Origin: Neovahlkampfia damariscottae
Lineage: Eukaryota
Length of the DNA: 20,000 nt
Assembly: GCA_016618085.1 (NCBI GenBank)
Contig: JABLTG010000116.1
Location: 44,902 to 64,901 of the forward strand
Reading direction: 5' to 3'
The number at the start of each line of letters is the position of its first letter. Position 1 is the first letter of the stretch. The position numbers and the translations under genes are program-made. Shown one piece after another: positions 10,483 through 20,000 of the stretch. The notes under the pieces were generated by a model. It did no database searches and was not told the DNA's origin. It was given only the letters and a program-made list of their open reading frames with translations.

Positions 10483-12122
10483 ATGTCTTTTCCATTACTT
10501 TCACCGAGAGAAAGACCAGTTGAACTCAGTTTATATAACGAAATCGAACAAGTTTTTCAACTATTTGACATTAATAAAGATGGGTACTTGACAGTAGAAG
10601 AAATAGGAAATTCTTTGAAAAAGTTTCTACCAGACGATACTCCTGATCAAAATGAGTTGAAAAAAATGGTAAAAGCACTTTATTCATTCAAACTTTAAGG
10701 TTTATCTTTTTGACAAAAATTTTGATGGTAAAGTCTCCTTTGAAGAATTTGCTTTTTTTTATGCGCAATCAATGGGTGTACCTTTGAGAACTATCAATGC
10801 AGGTACAAACATAAATCATAGTTAAACAATTTTTAGATGAAAAATTAAGGTTAGAGGAAATATTAAAATTAAAAACCAAAGAAAAATCAAAATGGATTTG
10901 GATAAAAGAAAAGAGGAAGAAAAAAAACTATTTAGATTAAAAAGAGATCAAGAAATTGAAAGATTAAAATTAAAAAAAGAACAACAAAAGAAATTAAATG
11001 AATTTTCTATTGACCCAACAAAATCTGAAATAGTTGGTGTATTTTGGAATGCCATGATGATTGGTGTTGAAGGTAAATTTAAATTTTATCCAAAAAATGA
11101 AAATGGAAAAATTGTAAAAGTGGATGGTTTAGAATTTGAAATTTATTGTATGGCAGATGAAGAAAATGAAAATATACCAAAATTAGCTTCAATTTCATCA
11201 AGTAAAATAGATACGGATGGTGGTATTGAATTTAAATTTACACCATCAAATGAATTTAATCAAAATTGGTATAGTTTTGATATCTCAAATAAAGGTGAAA
11301 TTGTTGCTCAAAATACAAATGTCTTAATTGGGAATGAGAAAAAGATTGAAACAGAAATGAAAAAATATGAAAAGAAAATTAAACAATTGGAGATTAAACA
11401 ATCAGATTCTGCTGCAACTGGATTAGAAACAAAACTTGGTGGTCAAATTGAAAAATTACAAAAAAAATTTATTGCTTTTAAAAATTTATTACAGCAAGTT
11501 GAAACAGAATCTCCAAAAGTAAATATTGTTGAAAAGAAAACACCACCACCACCAGTTAAGAAACCAGAAATTAATATTGATATTTCAAAATCAGTTGTAT
11601 GGGGTTGTTGTTGGACTGTAATGATGATTGGATTAAAATGTTCAATTGTATTTTATCCTTTAGGTGAGAACAAAAAAATATTAATTTTATGAAATAGACT
11701 CAAATGGTAAAATTGTTAAAGTTGATTTATCAAAAATTAAATTTGAAATTTATGCAATGGCTGATGAAGACGAAGAGGATGTGCCAAAATTAGCTTGTGT
11801 ACCACCTTGTTTAGTTCGTCCAGATTTTGGTATTGAATTTCAATTTACACCAAATGATGAATATAATCAAACATGGTATAGTTTTGATATTGCATATGGG
11901 GAAGAAATTCTTGCACAAAATTCAAACGTTTTAATTGGTTCAAAATCTAAAATTGAAAATGAAATTAAAAAATATGCAAAGAAAATAAAACAACTAGAAA
12001 TCAAACAATCAGATTCTGCTGCGACTGGATTAGAGACTAGACTTGGTGGTCAAATTGAAAAATTACAAAAGAAAATGATTGAATACGAAAAATTAATGAA
12101 ATTAATAACACAACAAAAATAA
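10483..12122 (+). CDS. EF-hand pair + coiled coil + two tandem (filamin-type Ig-like + coiled-coil) modules
   Basis: Exons 10483-10668, 10700-10802, 10837-10849, 10882-11663 and 11698-12122. EF loops DINKDGYLTVEE and DKNFDGKVSFEE. Repeats IDPTKSEIVG...FYPKNENGKIV...DGGIEFKFTP...YSFDI resemble filamin repeats. Confidence 0.8.
11009..12074 (+). repeat. Internal two-copy protein repeat (~11009-11467 and ~11576-12074)
   Basis: Both copies end in nearly identical KKIKQLEIKQSDSAATGLET(K/R)LGGQIEKLQKK and share MMIG, NGKIVKVD, MADE..E..PKLA and WYSFDI. Confidence 0.9.
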
Positions 12123-12562
12123 ATAATGAAACACTTCATTCTCAATACTAACTTTCTAACTTGAGAGACAGTAAATGTAAATTTTTTCTTCTATTTTACA
12201 ATTGATCCATCCAGCTTGTTCATCATTCCGGATTTTCTTCTTTTTTAAATTTTTCATCATCTATTTCTTTTCTTTTTCTTCCTTTTTTTTCTTGAACATT
12301 TGATCTGTTTTCGTCATTGTTTTCCCTGAAAAAGAGTAATCCAATATCATTGAATGAACAAGAAATTCCATTTTTAAATCTAAGAATTTCTTTATTTGAT
12401 TGTCAAAATATGTAACATTTTCCCAAAACGTTGTTGCACAACCAAAATTTTTTTAATTTTTAAATTTTATAGGATTTAACACTGCAAAGACAGTTCCCTT
12501 TCTTTAATTACACTTTAATTTTTTTCCAAATTGCTTTTTCATTGGATAAAAAATATAACAAT

Positions 12563-12931
12563 TCAAAAAAAAAACTCATAATTAAGCTTTGGATCTTTGG
12601 ATAATTCCAATTGGATTTTATAAACATTAAAAGTTGTGGACGAGTCAGTAGATAAACTGATAAGTACTCCTTTTGTGGAGACCATTTCTAAGTCATGATG
12701 AAGATACATTTCAGAATTCATATTAAAAGTTATTGTGTTATAGTTGTTTGAATCTTCATAATTTAATTCTGCTTTCAAAATATTAAGAATTTGTCGAAAT
12801 TCTTCTTCTCTTAATTGTTTTCCATTTTTTTTTAAACATGGTTCTTTATATTCATCTGAACCAATACTAAAACTACAAGTTCTTTCAGCCAAATTGTTTT
12901 GATTTGTAGCACTGTTTTCATAATTTTCCAT
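12563..12931 (-). CDS. Hypothetical protein, possibly 3'-degenerate
   Basis: 122-aa ATG ORF with protein-like composition and three CCAAT boxes upstream (13055-13121). It ends in a T-run. Further open fragments lie at ~12190-12460, but no clean splice path was found. Confidence 0.4.
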   Translation of the reverse strand: MENYENSATNQNNLAERTCSFSIGSDEYKEPCLKKNGKQLREEEFRQILNILKAELNYEDSNNYNTITFNMNSEMYLHHDLEMVSTKGVLISLSTDSSTTFNVYKIQLELSKDPKLNYEFFF

Positions 12932-13699
12932 TGTAGCTAAGTAAATATTTTTAAGATATTGAAGTAAATTATTGCAAATTCTGATGTTGTCTTAAAATTA
13001 AAGTTTAAAATTGAATGTAAAGTTTATTTTTGCTTTGTTTCCTAAATCAAAACGATTGGCTAATTCAAAGTATCCATATATATACTGTTTCATTGGTTAC
13101 TACTTCCAATTTAATGATTGGTCCTTAAATTCTTCTGGTTCATTTCTATAAATCGTTTAACAACTCGTCAATTCAATTTCTTTCAACAATCAAAATCTAT
13201 AAAAAAAATTTTATTTAAATAATTTCAAACTTCAATATTTTCATCATCATTTAATTTTTCATATAAAAGTAGATTTTTTTTAGTTCTTTGAATAATATTC
13301 TTTTTTTTTTGCTGCATAGTGGATTGGTGGCAAATTCTTCATGGATTTTCCTTTAAAAAATATTTGTTTCTCTTGAAATTTTTTTTCTTTAGATTCATTG
13401 TTGAAGTTGTATTTATATTTCTTGGATTTTATCACTTTTTCAAAAGTTTTTTGACCGGCAGTTGGTCACTTGGTGATCATGTAAATTGTTTCAAAACTTT
13501 TGATTGGTCAGAATTATTCATTTAAGTACTAAAACTTGTAAAAAGTTGAATGATTTTGAAAAAACACACAAAACCTGAAAAAAAAAATTCTGCCGATTCA
13601 AAAAAAGAAAAGATAAAGAAAAATGAAAAGAAATCAAATAAATTTGATAAGTTTTAAAGTTTTTTTCAATTTTTCTTTATCAATTGTTGTAATAAAAGA

Positions 13700-14460
13700 T
13701 GAATATTTAAATTCTAAGAAAAGTTGGAAATCAAACTACTTTAGACAGTTGGACTTCAAAATTAAAAATTATTTCAAAAAAAAAGTTGAACATTAGTACC
13801 AATTTATTTTTTCATTCACATTTTAGTTGATCAACATATTAATACAATTGATGGAAAAGAAAACTTTTATTTTAAAATGGACAGTAAATGAACTTTCTAA
13901 AAGTGAATTAAAAGAACAATGTAAAATTATACTTGCAAGAAACAAATTAATCTGTCAAACCATCATTCCAGCTTTAGTAGAAATGAAAATTGATAATAGA
14001 ACCAAAAACAAAAACCAACTTGCTAGAAAATATTTTAATTCAAAATTAAAAGAAAATGATACTATTATGGTTCAAGATATTTTTGCAAACAAATTTCAAA
14101 AGCGTTATTTAGGACCTTTTAAAATTAAATCAATTAACAAACTTTCACACGTTTTATAAAAACAGATTATGTTTTTACTGTTCCAAGTACTAAAACTATT
14201 ACAATTTTTCAAAAAAAACAAAATTACCAAGATCAACATGATACAGATGATGAAGAAGATGAAAAAGAAACATCCAAAATGAACCAATCAAAAATCAAGA
14301 TTCTAAACATGAAGAAAAAACATTTTTAGATCAAAATCAAAATTCAAATGATGAAAAAGATCTAAAAGAAAAAAGTAAATGGAAAACAAAAATCAAGAAA
14401 AGAAGAGATAGAAAGAAAAAATCAAATAACTTTTCTTCCTCTCCGGAAGGACAACAATAG
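13700..14460 (+). mobile_element. Degenerate Ty3/gypsy-like LTR retrotransposon pol 3' end (integrase C-terminus)
   Basis: KYFNSKLKENDTIMV...KFQKRYLGPFKI (GPF at 14112-14120) fits the GPY/F module of gypsy integrases. The frame continues through about two frameshifts into a charged tail ending in TAG at 14458-14460. Confidence 0.72.
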
Positions 14461-14480
14461 TTGCTTTAATTCAACAAATC

Positions 14481-14876
14481 GGAGAGGGAATGTTACATGC
14501 AAAACAAAGTTGTATTAAACAGAGATAAACACATCCGAATTAAGCTATTCAAATATCCATATTTAGTGATTACACGACTTAAAGTAAACTATCTATTTCA
14601 GATATGACCTTCTATTACATCAATTGGAACTAGGCACAAGAGTTATAAAAGTGCATTAAAATAACTAATAAACATTCACAACTTTCGAATACCCAAGAGT
14701 AGATAGTCTTTAGACAGTCCTTTTTATAGGGGTCCTTGGCTCTTTTTCAGAGAGTAAATTTTACAAAACAAAAAGTAGAAAAACTCCTCTCAAATTCCAT
14801 CCAAATTTTTTCAACTCCAGACCAACTGACCAACAGCTGAGACCGACAAAAACATAAAACTCACTTCTCTACAACA
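14481..14876 (+). mobile_element. Polypurine tract followed by putative 3' LTR
   Basis: ggagagggaa (14481-14490) directly abuts TGTT at 14491, 20 nt after the pol stop. Candidate end ...tacAACA at 14876. Internal TATAAAA (~14645) and AATAAA (~14668). The right boundary is inferred. Confidence 0.55.
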
Positions 14877-16084
14877 ATAAAATTTTTGTTTTGCAGATAC
14901 ATGATTCATTGCTTCCTTCACCAAATAATTTTTAAAATCAGTCAATGAACAGGAGTATAAAAGAATTAATAAAACAAGCATCTATGAGGAGCTTTGGAAT
15001 TTGAACTGGTTCAAAGGATTGTATTGATTGTTACTTTGTGCAGTTGGCATTTTAAAACTAATTGAATGATGACGACAAATTTTTGAGACTAATTGAAACA
15101 GAATTAGAGAAGGTATGTGGATTTGGATGAGTAGAGTGAAGAAAAAAATATTAAATAATTATGCTCATGGATTACTCATTATATTTAAAGAGGTTGGTAA
15201 TGGAATGGTGATGAAGTGCCAAAAAAATTATTTTAGGATAAACCAATTGAAATACTTCTGAGAATTCATTGGTTGAAAGGAAAGGAGAATTTTGGACCAA
15301 TAAAATAAATTCACAGCAAGTGCATTTTCAAAAAATTCTTTCATTGGTTGGTTTTTCAAATTTTAGAAACTCAAAATTTTATAGAAGATCCTTTAATTGT
15401 CTTAACTCCAAAGATTTGAAAAAAATGAAGAAAAGAAATTGTATTATTTTCAACACCAAACTTAAAAATAAGAATTGAATTATCCAACACCAAGAACGAT
15501 GTTGATTTATTGATAATAGATCACTTTCTTATAAAAACATTCTTGAACATTTACTGAAAGTAAAAAAGTATTCCTAACAAATTTGACGTTAAAACATCAT
15601 TTTAATTCTATGATTTATTATCTTTGCGTAATGTAGGCATTCATAACAATTTTTTCTGCATTTCTTGTTTGATGACTTTTTTTAATAGAAAACGAAATTC
15701 TGTTTCAAGTGAAAGATCAATGAGAATTTCAAAATAAGCATAATTTTGGACAATTATGAATAAATCCTTTCTATGAATTGCAATTTAATGATGTTCATTG
15801 CCATAACATAGTCTTAGCGTACCACAGTCACCTTTTTGGCAATTTTTAAAATAAATTAAAACTTCAACTATTCTTAATTCTATTTTTTAAAGATGCAACT
15901 TGTTTTCAATAAAAAGAGTTTGAAGCTTGTGAACACCTAAAACTTTGTCATCTCTTCACTTTTGTACCATTTGTTATAATTTTATGGATAAACATTATTA
16001 ATTTTAATTCTTTTGGAATACCCAAAAAAAATAATTAATCCGATTTATTTTGGGTTTCTAATTGGTCAATGGATTTCAAACAAA

Positions 16085-18823
16085 ATGAACCAAGAAAAAA
16101 AACCTGGTGAAAAAATTATTGAACCACCAAAACTTGATGAAATATTAGAAATCTCAACATCACAGGATATTTTTTTAGAAACTATTCAATTACCATTTGT
16201 AAATAGAAAAAAAGAAATAATTTCCATTATTTGCAGATTTGTTCAGAATTATTATTATCATAGAAATTATTGAAAATTTAAAGAATTTAATGAAAGAACG
16301 TTATGATGAAGACTTTTTTGAAAAAGTTCTTGAAAGAATATTCAATATGAAAGAAACTTCAAAACTTTTTAAACATTTTGTACAAGAAGGAGAAGATAGG
16401 ATTTCAAGTAAAATTGCATATTCTATTTTTCAAAATTCTGATATGAAAGATAATGCATTAAATGGAATGGCAACAGATGAAATGAAAAAATATGATTATT
16501 TTCTTCATATTGATGAAGTAACAGGAGATATTAAAAAGATACGAGATCTTTGGGAATCATTAACCACATTAAAATTAGAATTATCAAAACATGATATTAT
16601 TTTTGATTTTTATTTAACTGGAAAAAGAACTCTTTATAATAAGGTATTTTTAATATTAATTGAATAATATTTAGATTGGTCTTGGTTCTAATATATCACC
16701 TTCATCCATTGAATGGATTATAATTAATCCTTTAGAAAAAAAACATGTACAGCAATTGGTAAATGATGAAGAAACATTTCCCAAGAATATTTCATTTGAA
16801 AATGATGAATTAAAAAATTATTTTATTAATTCAGTTCATTTATCATCTGGTGGAATTCCAAGATTAATTGAATTTTTATGGATTTCTTTTAAAAAAATTG
16901 TTGAAGAAAAATTAAAAACAAAAGAAGAAGTGGACATGATTTTTCTTCGTTCCTTTAAATTAATTGAATTATACGCAAGAGATTCAGATAAATTCATTTT
17001 AGATGAAGAATTAAAAATACCAGCTTTACATTTTTATGCATTATCCATTTTTTGTAATTCATTCAAATCGAATGAAATAATTAAAATTAATGAAGAAAAA
17101 TTTGAATTTCAAGATATAATATCAATACTTCCTTTTTATATTACCAAAGAAAAAAATGAACTCAAAATTATTCAATCATTTATGTATAAATTTTTAAAAA
17201 AAAATTATGAAGAAAATCTTGGAATTTTATTTTCATTAACTCCAAATTTACCTTCGAATATATTTGTTGATTCATCTTATCTTTTTGAAATTTTTGTGTT
17301 AAATAGATTAATTTCTATTTCTCAATTGAATTTGAAAAAAAAAATATCAGAAATGAATGCACTTCCATTTTTACATCACAGTTTTGTTTCACAATTAAAT
17401 TTAGATATTGATATTGAAAATAATTTAATTTTTCTTCCACAAGTCACTTCCAAAGGAAAATCAATGGAATCAAAAAATTTACAAGAATTAAATAATTTAA
17501 AAACAATAAAAAAAGAAGAAATATCAAAAATTATTGATTTGATATTTTCTGTGAATAAAACAATAATAGGAAAACCAAGAGATCGATCAAGTAGTGCAGA
17601 TCTTATTATATTTCAATCAAATTCATATTTAATGGAATGGCAAATGAAATTTGGTGATCAAGAAATTGGATTTTCATCAATAAACAATGAAGTAAAAAAG
17701 TCATTTGTGATGAAAGATATTAAATCAGTTTTCATAATGATTGCAATGAATTTATCACCAGAATTAAACTCTTTGATTGACGAAAAATCAGGATTTATTG
17801 AATTTGATGAAGGTGAATATTATGCTTCAACAAATGCAACTTATTTTTGTCATTATAAAGATAATAAGTTTTGCAAATTCTTAATCCCAAAAGGCATCAT
17901 TAGTGCTCCTGAGATAAAAGATATAAAATTAGATAAAAAAGTCAAATTGATAGTTCCAAAGAATTTACAAATAATTATTCTTAACAAAAGTGGATTACAA
18001 GAACTTCTTGGAATTTCAAATTATGACATTATTAAATTGGAATAAAACTGATAAACTGGAAGAAATGAAAAAATTAGTTATCAAAGCAATTTCCCAAATT
18101 TCATCAAAAAAAAAAATTCACAAATTAGAAATGGAAGAAACAGAATACAAAAAACCAAAAATTGAAAGTGACTGGGAAAATATAAGAAAAAAAATATTTT
18201 CTATCATTGAAAAATTTCAACAAAATGAATTTCAAATCATTGATCTGATTTCAAGCAAAAATGAGAAATTGTTAGAGAAATATGAACATTCAATTTCATT
18301 AAATGATCCTGAATTTGTTAAATACATTTCATATCAAGCAAAAATAATAAAAGAGAATATTGAAAAAGAAAAAGAAGAAAAAGAATGGAAAAATATCATG
18401 CAAAATTTATTTTCTATCAAAAATAAATTTCAACAAAATGAATTTCAAACCATTGATGATCTTGTTTCAAGCAAAAATAAGAAATTTTTGGAGAAATATA
18501 GACACGGAACTTCAAAAATATCTTTAATTGATCCTGAATTTATTGGTTACATTTCAGAGCAAGCAAAAGTAATTGAAGAGAATCAAAAAATTGAAAAATT
18601 AGAAAAAGAAAAAATTTTGAACTTTTGTATGAGTTCCATTAGATATGGCGTTGAACAAAAAATTATCAATGAAAAGGAAAAGACTTTAATGCAAGGAGAT
18701 GTATTGTTTCTTCAACCAGGACCATTAATGGAACAATTAAAAAACTTAATGTTTTTAACATTAGGTGATCATGAAAAAAAATCTTTAGTTATTCAACTTA
18801 TTCAAAAAGAACTAAAAAAATAA
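16085..18823 (+). pseudogene. Disrupted Crinkler/RHS-type P-loop NTPase + PD-(D/E)xK nuclease protein with repeated C-terminal tail
   Basis: PFVNRKKEI, Walker-B-like FLHIDEV, FYLTG, GGIPRL, then LFE...SSSADL...EWQMK. Intron 16644-16674 (31 nt). Frame breaks at ~16270 and ~18040; no Walker A visible. Confidence 0.65.
18173..18600 (+). repeat. Two-copy ~70-aa repeat (period ~213 nt) in the tail of the NTPase-nuclease gene
   Basis: WENI...FSI..KFQQNEFQIID.LISSKN...LEKY...ISLNDPEF..YIS.QAK at 18173, repeated as WKNI...KFQQNEFQTIDDLVSSKN...ISLIDPEF at 18386. Confidence 0.88.
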
Positions 18824-18899
18824 AATATTATTGATTAAACTTTCAAAATTGATCAATTAAATCATTTAGAATTAAATAAAATTTAAATTAATCTCAATT

Positions 18900-19650
18900 A
18901 TTAGAAATGAAAATTTATTTATCATCAAAATATTTAACATCAAAAACCTCTTTCGTATTTTGAAAAATATTTGATTTATTTTGTTAATTCACCAACAAAT
19001 TTTTTAGATTGTTTTGTTTCGTAATTGATGTAAATCTTATCAATTTTGGGACTATCAGATTCTTCTTCTTTCTTGAGAACACCCAAAAAACTTTCAGAAG
19101 GGCGATCTTTGTGATTAGAACTATCTACTAAATTTTCTATTTTCTCACAATAGTTAAGGAGTGATCTAAAATCGTTTTCTTGTGATCCATGGTGAGGTGC
19201 ATCTACATACCAAAATTTCTTTTGGCCCTTGAAATATATCTTTAAACCTTCAACAATATCTTAGGAATGACAATCTGCAGTGAATAAAAATAATTTGTTT
19301 TCGCATTTAATGACAAAAGAAATCCCAAAAAATATTATTATTTGTGAGACTTTCATATTGGTAAAGATCTAATTTCTCTTCCTCTTTAAAAAATGTATTA
19401 CAATTTTCTTGCATGTACCGGTCGAAATTTTGTTGAGAGGTTTAATTTTTCAAAGATTTTTTTATCATTTGACAAACTTACTAAATCCAGATATATCTTT
19501 GCATATCCTCTTTTAGGTAAAATGTAAGTCAGTTCTATATTTTCAAATTTATAAGCTTTTCCTAAATCAACACTTTTCTCAAAAATATTTGATAAATATG
19601 TATTAACAAATCTCCAATATGATAAGCATGATGATAATCCCTTTTATTTA
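18900..19650 (-). pseudogene. ComEC/Rec2-like metallo-beta-lactamase-fold hydrolase pseudogene
   Basis: Minus strand NNIFGISFVIKCENKLFLFTAD...YVDAPHHGSQEN (PHHGS at 19197-19183) with an in-frame TAA at 19263-19261, further stops and frameshifts. No HxHxDH motif seen. Confidence 0.7.
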
Positions 19651-20000
19651 TTTTCAAAATACTTTTGGCACATTTATTTCCTGACTCTTCGTTTGACCAA
19701 AACATGACAAACTTTGATATTTTAGAACTTGTTCTGGTATTTCATTTTGTGCACACAAGAGAGGTAATAATCCTCCCTAATGATCAGTAGTAGAGTGGAA
19801 AAGTCCGGCTGGGAATTTAACTTTTTTTAATTTTCACCCCCCAAGGAAATGAAAAAAGACCATTTTCGCGGATTTTTTATTTTTTTTGACCAAATCCCCC
19901 GAGACACCCAGAGCCATTTTCATGCCATCTCACGCCTCAACTCGGCGGTTTTTTGTCATTTGAAAATTTTAGTCACCTTCGTACTTTTTGTTATCCATAA

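Noticed and set aside
13683..14878. attgttgta...tacaacaat inverted pair bracketing the retroelement remnant as terminal inverted repeats
   Set aside because: Only 9 bp in AT-rich DNA with no target-site duplication, so chance is likely.
13319..15478. Short ORFs 13319-13525, 14105-14287 and 15269-15478
   Set aside because: Non-ATG starts, compositional artefacts or antisense to the integrase remnant. The last one spans CCAAT-containing promoter-like DNA.
18030..18050. Programmed ribosomal frameshift between the 16756-18045 and 17990-18823 ORFs
   Set aside because: No clear slippery heptamer or downstream structure, and no GT-AG intron fits. An indel in a decaying gene or an assembly error is more likely.
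19261..19263. In-frame TAA in the MBL gene as a sign of stop-codon reassignment
   Set aside because: All intact genes end in TAA and have no internal TAA/TAG after splicing. The MBL locus also has frameshifts, so decay is the simpler explanation.
1..20000. tRNA, rRNA, CRISPR arrays, U12 (AT-AC) introns
   Set aside because: No cloverleaf, rRNA-like or regularly spaced repeat pattern seen. All inferred introns are GT-AG and lack the ATCCTT donor signature.

Overview
Very AT-rich eukaryotic (protist-like) nuclear DNA, standard genetic code, with about 35 tiny GT-AG introns (28-48 nt, one 87-nt exception). The left part (1-12122) is an extremely compact gene array: PUS1-like pseudouridine synthase, a 64-aa spliced microprotein missed by the ORF track, SRRM1-like PWI/RS protein, TM2-domain protein, BTB protein, an unknown protein needing a 4-nt microexon, an E2 enzyme, a PIN/NYN-like protein, eIF4A-III, CSB/ERCC6, and an EF-hand + filamin-like repeat protein. 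The right part (~12130-20000) is mostly decayed accessory DNA: a Ty3/gypsy-like integrase tail with PPT and LTR, a disrupted Crinkler-type NTPase + PD-(D/E)xK nuclease gene, and a ComEC-like metallo-beta-lactamase pseudogene. The most unusual signals concern splicing. The 87-nt CSB intron reads as two normal-sized introns joined at an AG|GT zero-length exon created by a tandem duplication, and microexons of 4, 9, 13 and 16 nt are needed to keep frames or motifs intact. All gene models were assembled by hand, and family calls come from motif recognition, not database searches.
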